Of a stretch of 64,000 nucleotides of DNA, positions 35,971-45,068 are shown in pieces. The position numbers and the translations under genes are program-made. Position 1 is the stretch's first letter. Each line of letters opens with the position of its first letter. Source of the DNA: Candidatus Thalassarchaeum betae (GTDB lineage Archaea > Thermoplasmatota > Poseidoniia > Poseidoniales > Thalassarchaeaceae); the NCBI GenBank assembly GCA_003193925.1, contig PSPG01000001.1, forward strand, positions 160,001 to 224,000, given 5' to 3'. Under the pieces are notes generated by a model. The model saw nothing but the letters and a program-made list of their open reading frames with translations. It was not told the origin of the DNA and made no database searches.

Positions 35971-38900
35971 ATGACAAAGCGCTCAGTCTCCCTCGTGATG
36001 GCAGTTCTGCTACTGTCATACGTCCCAATTCTCGAGCATTCATCGAACCACGACGAGACTTCCCGGGGAGTATGGGTTTTGGATTCGGATGTGGAGAGGA
36101 TCGAGATCTCCCCCGACCCCAACAGCATCCAGGACCTCGGCGCTCCTACCATCTACAACGGCTACGAGGACATCCGCTCTGTTCGCGCCGACTCCGCCAT
36201 CGGGGTCTACACCGAGACAGGGCTCCTCCCAGGGGTCGCGATGACCCTTGAACTGGCCCAGACCCGCTCTGACCTGGCTGTCGTACTCGTCGACGGAAAG
36301 AGCGGCCTCTGGGATGCCAGACAGGAGATTCTCGATGCAGCGGACATCGAGATCAGATCCACCATTCCGCCGTCAGGGTTCCTCGTTCAAGCCGCACCAG
36401 ACGAACTCTCCAAACTGACCCACGTCTCAGTGGTCAAGGCCGTTCACGACGTTCCAGCCGGACTGCTGGTCCACCCGGTGTTCTGGGAGGCTCATGGAGA
36501 CGAGACCATCCTCGTCGAGGTGCTCGGCTGGAAGGACTCCGAACTCATCCGCCACAGCGAGCCCGGTCTCGGTCTAGACGACTCACTGAGCATCGCGGCC
36601 TCGTTGTGGCTGGAAGAGGCATGGTCGCCCGAGCGAGGGAGGATGTGGGGCGAGATCAGCCTCGAAGACGTCTCGCAGATCGTCAGGCACCCATCGGTGG
36701 CTTACGTGGCCCCTCTGCCAGTACTGGCTTTCCACAACAACGAGGCTCGCAACCACATGGGGATCAACACCGTGGAGAACACCTTCATCACTGGGCTGAA
36801 CGGCAGCGGACAGAAGATCGCCGTTGGCGATTCCGGGCTCGACAACGACCACGGTGACTTCACCGGCAGGATTGCAGGGCTGACCTCCGTCACTCCTGGC
36901 GATTCATCCACCGCCGACACTCACGACGGGCACGGCACCCACGTGGCCTGCACTGTCCTCGGAGACGGCTATCGCAGCAGCGGGACCTACCAAGGAATCG
37001 CCCCTGAGGCCCAGCTCTACTTCCAGGCGATGGAGGACGACGACACAGGCGTGCTCTACAGTTACGGCATCAACAGCATGCTGAACTCCGCCTACAACAA
37101 CGGCGCGCGTCTGCACACCGACAGCTGGGGTGCGGGCAGCGGGGCAGGCAGTTACTCGACGCAGTCAGAGGATGCCGACGACCGCATCTCCACTTGGGAC
37201 CAGTACTGGTCGTATCAGGGAATGACGGTGCTCTTTGCCGCAGGCAACGAACGGAACGAAGGCGTCTCGCCGCCGGGCACCGCGAAGAACGTCATCACCA
37301 TCGGCGCCCACGTGAATCGATACAACGGTGCCCCCGAAGAGATGTACTACTGGAGCAGCCGCGGACCGACCGACGATGGCAGGATTAAGCCGGACTTGGT
37401 CGCCCCGGGTGACTACGTCCGCTCTTGCAAGTCCCAAGAGGCCGAGGACGCACAGGGCTCTTGGAGCAACAACTGGTACCTAGAGTACAGCGGGACTTCC
37501 ATGTCCACTCCGGCAGCGGCTGGCACCGCTGTCCTCGTCAGGGAGTACCTGATGGAGGTCGCAGGCAGGCAGGCTCCACAGAGCGCCCTCATCAAGGGGC
37601 TGCTCATCCTCGGCGCCAAGGACATGGGCTCCCGTGACATCCCCAACAATGACGAGGGCTGGGGAAGGGTCAATCTGGTCGACTCGCTGATTCCAGACGG
37701 CGACGTGGGCATCTTCGTGGACGACCGCTCACGCCTCTCCAGTGGGCAGGTGAGCGATTACACGTTCGACATCACGCGCTCGGGTGAGCCGCTGAAGGTC
37801 GTACTGACTTGGTCCGACTACCCCGGCTCGTCATCCTCATCCAGCCAACTCAGGAACGATCTCGACCTCGAGGTAATCTCACCGAATGGGCAAATCACGT
37901 ACAAGGGTAACGCCTTCATCAACGGCCGCTCGGTCACGGGAGGGACCAAGGACTCGACCAACAACGTCGAGGTCGTCCTGATAGACAACGCCGCGACTGG
38001 CACATGGACGGTCCGTGTGCGCGATGCGCAGCATGGTGGCGGGCGAACTTGGCAGCCCTATGCGCTCGCGGTCCGCGGCGTGAACGTGAACGACCTGAGC
38101 CCTGACCCAGCATTCGTACAAAACTCGTTCGAGATTTCCTCCATGATTCCCCAAGTCGGCGAGGAGGTCGACATCTCTGTGCTGATACAGAATCAGGGCG
38201 CCGGCTCCGTAGCTGAACTCGCAGTGATCGCGAGGGCCGACAACGACCTGCTCGGAACTCGGACCCTGAGCATGTCGCCCGGTGAGTCCGCCGAGCTGAC
38301 TTGGAACTGGACACCCGTCCAAGAGGGAATGATCGAATTCACCTTCCACATCGACCCGAGCGATGCGGTGGAGGAGGCCTCGGAGTCGAACAACTACATG
38401 TCTCAGACCGTGGTGGTCAGCGCACCGGGGGTTCGGGTGACCACCGAGCAGGACACCATGACTCTGGCAGATGCGACCGACAGCTCGACGGCTTGGCAAT
38501 TGTCCCTCATGAACACCGCATTGTTCGAGACCAACGCCTCAATCGACGTCACCGACCCCGTGCGAGTGCAGGACGGCGTCGAGTTCGACTGGTTCACGTC
38601 ATTCACTTCGAACACGTTCAACCTCGACGCCGCCGAGACGATCACCGTCGGTCTGACGATGGTCCATCCGGCTCCGCCGCCGCCCGGCCTCTATAGGATG
38701 GTAGTGACCGGGACCGATATGGAGAACGACATCGATTCGGAGCTGATGCTCTACTTCGAGGTCCCGATACTGGCCGAGGCCGACATAGTCCTCCCCGGAG
38801 AGCAGTTCCTAGTCAGCCCGCTCGAGCCGACAGATCTCCAGATTCTGGTCTTCAACGAGGGCAACGGCGCTCAGACCTACGATGTCGAACTCGTCTCCCC

Positions 38901-40473
38901 TGCCGGCTGGCACCTCGGTCTGGACACCCTCGGAGCCTTCGCAGGCTCCTCGCATGGCTCAACCGGCACGCTCGCTAAGGACGCCGGCCGGGCTATCGAC
39001 ATCACGATCAACCCGCCCGGAGCGATGATTCCAGCCGGCTCGCTCTTCAACGCGGCCGTCATAGTTCACTCACGTGTCAGCTCTGACTCCTGGAGCGCCG
39101 ATATCCCCCTGATCGTCAAGGCGATCGACCAAGTCAGCGTGACCCCGTCATCGGACGGCATCGAGCACGAGATCGCCCCGGACGCTCTGCTGGAGATTGA
39201 ACTGGAGTTCAACAACCAAGGCAACCGGCTGATTGACTTCCAGCCTTACGTGAGGAGCATCCCCGGAGGCTGGACCGTCACAGGCGGTCTGAACATGGTC
39301 AGCATCCCCGCAGGTGAAACGGCCGATTGGTCGGTCTCCCTGCAGGGCAACGGCGTGGCCGTCAGCGGCGACCTCGAGTTGAGGTTCGCGACCGAGGACG
39401 GCTACTACGTGGATTGGAACAGGACCCTGGATGTCCTATCTGGTGCGATGCCGACCTTGGTGTTCCACCTAGTCGCCCTCCCGGACGGAACCACTGCCGA
39501 CTACCCGCTCGGAGTATCCGCTCACCCAGTCGGGGCCCCTGGGTTCGACCTCGGTTGGACAGTTACCAACGAAGGCTCCACCACGTGGCGCCCTACGACT
39601 TACATGGAAGTTCCGAATGACGATTGGTCATCGACCTGCGCCGGCCCGTCGACTCTCTCCGCAGGAGCCACTTCGACGGTCTGGTGCACCGTCGTCATCC
39701 CATTGTCCGCCGAGGCCGCTTCCGAGCCGATCGTGACTTTGGTCATGGAGGGCGAGGGAGTTGAGGTGAGAGACTCGATCTCACTGTTGGTCGAGTCCGT
39801 GGCCAGAGTGAGTTGGATCGTCACCAACCAGCAGGTCGCACATGAGGGCTACGAGACCGTGCTCTCCCTCGACCTCCAGAACGTCGGTAACTCGGACATC
39901 TCCCACGTTCTGCAAGCCTCGGGCCCAGATGGGTGGAACCCCCTGATTCTCGATGGCGTGGTAGTCAGCCTGCGCCCGGGCGAGACGCGCAATTTCAAAC
40001 TCGGATTCACACCCAACACCGGAGAGGATGGCACTCTAGTAGTCGAACTTGGGGATTCCGACAACGTCGAGGACTCCACTTTCGTAATCGAAATCGACGT
40101 ACTGCCAGCGAGGACAGAGGAGAGCATGTCCACTATCAAGATGGTGCTGTTCGCAATCCTCATCCTCGCCTTAGCCGGAGGCGTTGGCTTCTTGGTCTAC
40201 TCTAGGACAGTTGGCAATTCGGCGAGCCTGATTAAGACCGAGGCACTCAGCAAGATCGCGGACAGCCTCGGGCTGGGCGAGAAGGAGGTAGAGGACGGCA
40301 GCGGAATCCCGTGTTGGATATGCAGTCAGGACATCGTCCTCGGCGAGGCACTGGCGTGCTCCGAGTGCGGCGCGAGATACCACAAGGCCGGACAGGTCGA
40401 GGGCTGTGATATCGTGTCGATGGGTCATTGTCTGCACTGCGACGCCGAATCAGAGGGGCTTCTAGAAGCGTGA
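35971..40473 (+). CDS. S8 subtilisin-like serine protease with P-like/CARDB/Ig domains, TM anchor and C-terminal C4HC3 zinc finger
   Basis: Catalytic triad in VGDSG, HGTHVA and GTSMS; FAAGN oxyanion motif; KPDLVAPG; CARDB; TM; CWIC...CSEC..H..C..CLHC. Confidence 0.93.
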   Translation: MTKRSVSLVMAVLLLSYVPILEHSSNHDETSRGVWVLDSDVERIEISPDPNSIQDLGAPTIYNGYEDIRSVRADSAIGVYTETGLLPGVAMTLELAQTRSDLAVVLVDGKSGLWDARQEILDAADIEIRSTIPPSGFLVQAAPDELSKLTHVSVVKAVHDVPAGLLVHPVFWEAHGDETILVEVLGWKDSELIRHSEPGLGLDDSLSIAASLWLEEAWSPERGRMWGEISLEDVSQIVRHPSVAYVAPLPVLAFHNNEARNHMGINTVENTFITGLNGSGQKIAVGDSGLDNDHGDFTGRIAGLTSVTPGDSSTADTHDGHGTHVACTVLGDGYRSSGTYQGIAPEAQLYFQAMEDDDTGVLYSYGINSMLNSAYNNGARLHTDSWGAGSGAGSYSTQSEDADDRISTWDQYWSYQGMTVLFAAGNERNEGVSPPGTAKNVITIGAHVNRYNGAPEEMYYWSSRGPTDDGRIKPDLVAPGDYVRSCKSQEAEDAQGSWSNNWYLEYSGTSMSTPAAAGTAVLVREYLMEVAGRQAPQSALIKGLLILGAKDMGSRDIPNNDEGWGRVNLVDSLIPDGDVGIFVDDRSRLSSGQVSDYTFDITRSGEPLKVVLTWSDYPGSSSSSSQLRNDLDLEVISPNGQITYKGNAFINGRSVTGGTKDSTNNVEVVLIDNAATGTWTVRVRDAQHGGGRTWQPYALAVRGVNVNDLSPDPAFVQNSFEISSMIPQVGEEVDISVLIQNQGAGSVAELAVIARADNDLLGTRTLSMSPGESAELTWNWTPVQEGMIEFTFHIDPSDAVEEASESNNYMSQTVVVSAPGVRVTTEQDTMTLADATDSSTAWQLSLMNTALFETNASIDVTDPVRVQDGVEFDWFTSFTSNTFNLDAAETITVGLTMVHPAPPPPGLYRMVVTGTDMENDIDSELMLYFEVPILAEADIVLPGEQFLVSPLEPTDLQILVFNEGNGAQTYDVELVSPAGWHLGLDTLGAFAGSSHGSTGTLAKDAGRAIDITINPPGAMIPAGSLFNAAVIVHSRVSSDSWSADIPLIVKAIDQVSVTPSSDGIEHEIAPDALLEIELEFNNQGNRLIDFQPYVRSIPGGWTVTGGLNMVSIPAGETADWSVSLQGNGVAVSGDLELRFATEDGYYVDWNRTLDVLSGAMPTLVFHLVALPDGTTADYPLGVSAHPVGAPGFDLGWTVTNEGSTTWRPTTYMEVPNDDWSSTCAGPSTLSAGATSTVWCTVVIPLSAEAASEPIVTLVMEGEGVEVRDSISLLVESVARVSWIVTNQQVAHEGYETVLSLDLQNVGNSDISHVLQASGPDGWNPLILDGVVVSLRPGETRNFKLGFTPNTGEDGTLVVELGDSDNVEDSTFVIEIDVLPARTEESMSTIKMVLFAILILALAGGVGFLVYSRTVGNSASLIKTEALSKIADSLGLGEKEVEDGSGIPCWICSQDIVLGEALACSECGARYHKAGQVEGCDIVSMGHCLHCDAESEGLLEA

Positions 40474-40479
40474 TTGAAC

Positions 40480-40498
40480 CGCGACCCCTAGGGTCGCG
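40480..40498. terminator. Intergenic hairpin CGCGACCC-CTA-GGGTCGCG
   Basis: Perfect 8-bp inverted repeat 7 nt after the protease stop codon; function not shown. Confidence 0.4.
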
Positions 40499-40536
40499 AT
40501 GCCCGAAGTCCTTAGAGGGATGGTGGATTCGGAGTC

Positions 40537-43239
40537 ATGATGAAGCGTAGTCCTTCGACCGCTCTGCTGGCGGCTCTGCTGCTACTCACTGTGGCCTCAC
40601 CACTGGCTTCCGCCGAGGTCTCAGTAGCCCTTTCAGCAAGCCCGATGGCGCAGGAGGCCACCACTGATGACGATGCGGAGTACGACATCACCGTGACCAA
40701 CGACGGCGATGAGGACATCACGGTCACTCTGAGCACCCAGCAAGGCAGCGACTGCAGTGGGTTCTCGTCCTCCTTGGATTCCTACCAGGTCTCAGTCGAC
40801 CAAGGGGACTCTGAGACCGTCAAGCTGACCGTCACTGTGAACGACCAGGCCGATGGGGAGTGCGAGACGACCGTGGACGCCCAGGCTCAGGGAGAGGGAC
40901 TCCCGGGATCACCGGCCACCGATGACGTGACCGTGACCACCACCTCCGGCGATGGAGGCGGCCTGTACTCGGTAAAACTCTCGACCGATGAGTTGACCAA
41001 GACCTACGAGGGAGATGACAACGAGGGTGACAGCGTTGTCTGGGACGTCGAGGTCGAGAACAATGGCGAGCAGCAGGCCAACATCCAACTCGAGATGACC
41101 TCGGACAGCGACTGCGAGTCTGACACCTTGGACGCAACCGTCGACCCACAGGTCCTGCAACTGGAGCCCGAGGAGAATGAACAGGTCGAGGTGACCGTTG
41201 AGGTCCCCGATGGACGCTCCACCGAGGCCGGCAACCACTGCTTCATCCTCAAGGCGACTGTTACGAACGACCCTAACGCCGCCGATCAGGCCGAGGACAA
41301 CCTGACGCTGACCCTCATAATACCGGAGCTGAAGGAATGCGACCCCACCCTGCAGTACACCTCGCACAGCCTCGACCCCGACGAGTCTGCCAGCAACTCA
41401 TTCGAGGTCGAGAACGTCGGCAACACCGAGTGGACCGTCACCGCAAACGCTCAGGCTCAGGATTCGAGCCACGACATCACTGACTGGGTCGACTTCGACA
41501 GCCCGCTCAGTAAACTGCTCTCCGAGGCTGGGGGCTCTCAGGACAGCCATATCTTCACTTTCTCGGTCACCCCAGACGACTCTATCGAGTCGGGCACCCA
41601 GGTGGGCATCAAGATACAGGGACGTGCCGGTACCGCTGTGGGCTGCGAGCGAGTGCTCACGGTCACAGTCGGCCAGAGCCACGCCGCTACAATGACTCTG
41701 AGCAAGAACAAGCTCTCCAACGTCGAGCCCGGAACCTCAGACACAGTCTCAATACAGATAACAAATCTGGGCAACGGGATGGAGACGCTCTCCATAGGTG
41801 CCTCGGGGCTGCCTCCGGGCTGGCAGATATCCTTCTCCCAGAATTCAGTCACAGTTGGCAGCGTGCACTCTGGCAACAACAAGCAGACCATCAGCGCCGA
41901 GGTCTTCGTGCCCGAGGGCGCTAGCGCCGAGGAAGAGACTGTGATCACCTTCTCGGTCGGGCGTGGCGGTGGCAGCACGCCTTACGACACCAAGGACCTG
42001 ACAGTGTCTGTCGACGCACATCACGGCCTGACCACCTCGATTCTGTCCACCCAGCAGACGGGCAGGTCCAACCAGACCGTCCAGTTCCCGATAGATGTCA
42101 CCAACACGGGCAACATCCGCGACACCATCAAGCTCCTGACCTGCGACCCGAGCGACCAGACCGGATGCAACTCCCCCATGTGGGCCTCCTCGTACTCCGA
42201 CTCTCAGGGAAACACGATTACTCAGATCATCCTCGACCCGAGTGAGACCCAGAGGATATACCTGGACATCCTCGTTGAGGGCGAGGAGGATGCCGACTCA
42301 GCGAGCGTGCTCGCCCGCATCGCGATCTATGGCACGACGGTAATCGAAGACCACACTGTGAGCGTAATCGTCTCTAACTACAACTACGGTATGGCGATCA
42401 CACCGCAGAACCCTGGCGACATCCCGGACCAGATCGATGCGACTCTCCCACCGGGAGGCTCGCTTACCACTGCATTCTGGGTCGAGAACATCGGCGACTA
42501 CCCCGGTGGCGACGCCGTGGTGATATCGGTGACCGGGATGGAGTCGTCCGTACTGAGGACAATCACCGTCGAGGGAGTCGAGATCGAGGGAACAGTCTCA
42601 CTGGGACTGGGTGAGAGAGTGCTCATAGAAATCGAGATAGAGGTTCTCGAGGGCGTGGCGGACGGCGTCTCTGGAGTAGTGAAGGTCAGCGCCTACTCGG
42701 AGAAGAACACGGCACAGAGCACCTCGGTTGACATGATCGTCGAGGTCAGGACCATCCATGACCTCAGATTCACCCTCGAGGGGGAGGACGAGCAGACTGT
42801 CGAGTATCCCGACAAGGCCTACTTCTCCCTGTATGTCACCAATCACGGAAACACACTCGAGACGGTCGAAGTCCTGTCCAGCGAGTCGCTCAGGGGTTGG
42901 TCCGTCGATGTGGTCGATGAGGAGTTCGAACTCGAACCCGGAGTCACCCGGGAAATCGAGGTAAGGGTGACCCCACCGAGCGACTTGCTCGATGATGACA
43001 CCTATCTGTTCACTCTGACCGTGCAGCCCGAGGGTCTCACTGTGGCAGGTCAGCCCATTGATCTGACAGTGACATCGGAGATGCCCGCATCGTTCATCGG
43101 CCTGTCCGAGGAGGCAGCTCAGACACTGGTCTACGGCTCCATCATACTAGGATCGATTCTGGTCGTCGTTCTGTTCTTCCGCTCTCGCGCTGAAAACCGC
43201 AGGATAGTGGAAGCACTTGAAAATGAGTTAGAGGACTAG
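40537..43239 (+). CDS. Membrane-anchored multi-Ig surface protein (COG1470/NEW3-like repeats)
   Basis: Signal peptide, about 7 repeats of V.N.G(N)..D/E beta-sandwich units with Cys pairs, and a C-terminal TM helix. Confidence 0.8.
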   Translation: MMKRSPSTALLAALLLLTVASPLASAEVSVALSASPMAQEATTDDDAEYDITVTNDGDEDITVTLSTQQGSDCSGFSSSLDSYQVSVDQGDSETVKLTVTVNDQADGECETTVDAQAQGEGLPGSPATDDVTVTTTSGDGGGLYSVKLSTDELTKTYEGDDNEGDSVVWDVEVENNGEQQANIQLEMTSDSDCESDTLDATVDPQVLQLEPEENEQVEVTVEVPDGRSTEAGNHCFILKATVTNDPNAADQAEDNLTLTLIIPELKECDPTLQYTSHSLDPDESASNSFEVENVGNTEWTVTANAQAQDSSHDITDWVDFDSPLSKLLSEAGGSQDSHIFTFSVTPDDSIESGTQVGIKIQGRAGTAVGCERVLTVTVGQSHAATMTLSKNKLSNVEPGTSDTVSIQITNLGNGMETLSIGASGLPPGWQISFSQNSVTVGSVHSGNNKQTISAEVFVPEGASAEEETVITFSVGRGGGSTPYDTKDLTVSVDAHHGLTTSILSTQQTGRSNQTVQFPIDVTNTGNIRDTIKLLTCDPSDQTGCNSPMWASSYSDSQGNTITQIILDPSETQRIYLDILVEGEEDADSASVLARIAIYGTTVIEDHTVSVIVSNYNYGMAITPQNPGDIPDQIDATLPPGGSLTTAFWVENIGDYPGGDAVVISVTGMESSVLRTITVEGVEIEGTVSLGLGERVLIEIEIEVLEGVADGVSGVVKVSAYSEKNTAQSTSVDMIVEVRTIHDLRFTLEGEDEQTVEYPDKAYFSLYVTNHGNTLETVEVLSSESLRGWSVDVVDEEFELEPGVTREIEVRVTPPSDLLDDDTYLFTLTVQPEGLTVAGQPIDLTVTSEMPASFIGLSEEAAQTLVYGSIILGSILVVVLFFRSRAENRRIVEALENELED

Positions 43240-43294
43240 TCACGGCACCAAAGTCGAGTCCGGATAGGCTTATTTCCGGGTCTTAGGTGGATTG

Positions 43295-43324
43295 ACCCGT
43301 CGGTCCCTTGAGGGACCGCCGGGT
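43295..43324 (+). promoter_or_regulatory. 14-bp hairpin (one mismatch) overlapping the nuoA Shine-Dalgarno
   Basis: ACCCGTCGGTCCCT-TG-AGGGACCGCCGGGT; the 3' arm overlaps GGTGA (43322-43326), which precedes the ATG at 43332. Confidence 0.45.
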
Positions 43325-43331
43325 GATACCG

Positions 43332-43781
43332 ATGACCACAGTTCCCGAGGCCTACATCGCAGTCGCTGTGATGGCTCTCGTCGGCATCGGCTTCCCGGTG
43401 GTCACTTACATCGCTACGGCCTTCCTGAGGCCGAGGAAGGACCCCAACGATCCAAACATGATGCGATCCTGGCTGCTGCCAGGGTACGAGACCGACCAGA
43501 GCCTGTACATCCGCAGGGATAGCACCTACGAGTGCGGCGCCGAGCCGGTCGGGGACGCTCACATAAACTTCCACTTCCAGTATTACTGGTACGCCATCAT
43601 CTTCCTCGTCTTCGACATAGCGTTCATGTTCCTCGCCTTTGGCGGGGTCATCGCAATGCAGGACGGCATCCTAGAACGGCCGGAGGTCTACGGAGCTCTC
43701 GCCACCCTGACCGCGTTCATCGTGCTCATGGGCCTCGGCGTCTGGCACGTCTTCCGCAGGCGAGGCAGAATCTACATCTGA
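43332..43781 (+). CDS. nuoA: Complex I-like subunit A
   Basis: TYECGAEP and YYWYAIIFLVFD motifs; 3 TM helices. Confidence 0.92.
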   Translation: MTTVPEAYIAVAVMALVGIGFPVVTYIATAFLRPRKDPNDPNMMRSWLLPGYETDQSLYIRRDSTYECGAEPVGDAHINFHFQYYWYAIIFLVFDIAFMFLAFGGVIAMQDGILERPEVYGALATLTAFIVLMGLGVWHVFRRRGRIYI

Positions 43782-43790
43782 GGTGAGCGA

Positions 43791-44387
43791 ATGGCGGAGG
43801 ACGGGCAGAACTACTCGATGTTCAGCAGCAGGATGCTCGTCGATGTAGTCGGCGACGTCACCGACGAGGCACTCAAAGCCAGCCGCATCAAGGACATCCT
43901 CGGGGTCCTCGCTGGAAGAATCTTCAACTGGAGCCAGCGCAAGTCCCTGTTCCCGCTCCACCTCGGCATCAAGTGCTGCGCCCTCGAGATGGCCGCGGCA
44001 GGCGCAAGTCGCTTCGATGCCGAGCGCTTCGGAGTGTTCTTCCGCTCCAGCCCGAGGCAGTGCGACGTCCTGCTAGTCAACGGCCCGATCAGCAAGAAGT
44101 TCGCCGACCCCATCATTCGGCTCTGGGAGCAGATGCCCGAGCCCAAGTGGTGCATCGCCATGGGCGAGTGCTCGATCTCCGGCGGACCCTACTTCCAATC
44201 CTACAACATCCTCGAGGGCGTCGACACGATAATCCCCGTCGATGTCTACATCCCGGGATGCCCGCCTCGACCAGAGGCTCTGATTGACGGCTTCGACAAG
44301 CTGCGACAGAAAATCATCCGCATCGGTGCCATCCCGAGCGACGTCAGGCCGGAAACAGAGGCACCTCTCATCATCGGGGATGAGTAA
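43791..44387 (+). CDS. nuoB: Complex I-like subunit B (N2 cluster)
   Basis: CCALEM, SPRQCD, QMPEPKW, MGEC and VDVYIPGCPPRPE motifs. Confidence 0.96.
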   Translation: MAEDGQNYSMFSSRMLVDVVGDVTDEALKASRIKDILGVLAGRIFNWSQRKSLFPLHLGIKCCALEMAAAGASRFDAERFGVFFRSSPRQCDVLLVNGPISKKFADPIIRLWEQMPEPKWCIAMGECSISGGPYFQSYNILEGVDTIIPVDVYIPGCPPRPEALIDGFDKLRQKIIRIGAIPSDVRPETEAPLIIGDE

Positions 44388-44399
44388 GGGGGGGTTTCT

Positions 44400-45059
44400 G
44401 TGTCTAAGATCGTTCCAATCAAGGTGCAGAAGGCCGAGGCCGAGAAACTGGCCGCTGCCGTCTCGCAGATGGCCGGCGTCGAGGCCGAGGTGGTCGAGCG
44501 GGTCAATGGGACGCATCCTCGCCCCGTCGTGGTCGGGAACAGCTCCCCTGAGAGTTGGAGGGCACTCGCTGAGATGCTCCACTCAGAGCACGGCGTCGAC
44601 CACTGCTCGATGGTCACCGGCATCCACTGGCCAGAGGGAGACGCGGACAAGAAGTGGGAGGTCATCTACCACCTGATGAGAATCGCGGTCAGAGACCCAC
44701 CAATCGAGGATGGCTTAGTCCGGCCAATCATCGTCGACCCCTCGAAGGTGAAGGGGGCGAGCACGCCTCTGGAGCTGGAGTTCCACGTTCACCTGCCTGA
44801 CACGAGGACTCCTTCGGTCGACTCGGTACAGGACATCTGGGTCGGAGCAGACTGGAACGAGAAGGAGACCTGGGACCTCGTCGGGATAGACTTCGACGGA
44901 CATCAGGGCATGAGACGAGTCCTGCTGCCGCATGAGACCCCGAAGGGCTACCATCCGCTACAGAAGCAGCATCACCTGCGTTACCACGGCTTCGAGGAGA
45001 TGTACGACGATTCCCAAGGATTCATGCGCAAGCCCGCTGATGCTGGCAGGATCAAGTGA
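44400..45059 (+). CDS. nuoC: Complex I-like subunit C
   Basis: ADWNEKETWDLVGIDFDGH...HPLQK motif. Confidence 0.92.
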   Translation: MSKIVPIKVQKAEAEKLAAAVSQMAGVEAEVVERVNGTHPRPVVVGNSSPESWRALAEMLHSEHGVDHCSMVTGIHWPEGDADKKWEVIYHLMRIAVRDPPIEDGLVRPIIVDPSKVKGASTPLELEFHVHLPDTRTPSVDSVQDIWVGADWNEKETWDLVGIDFDGHQGMRRVLLPHETPKGYHPLQKQHHLRYHGFEEMYDDSQGFMRKPADAGRIK

Positions 45060-45068
45060 GGTGACAGA

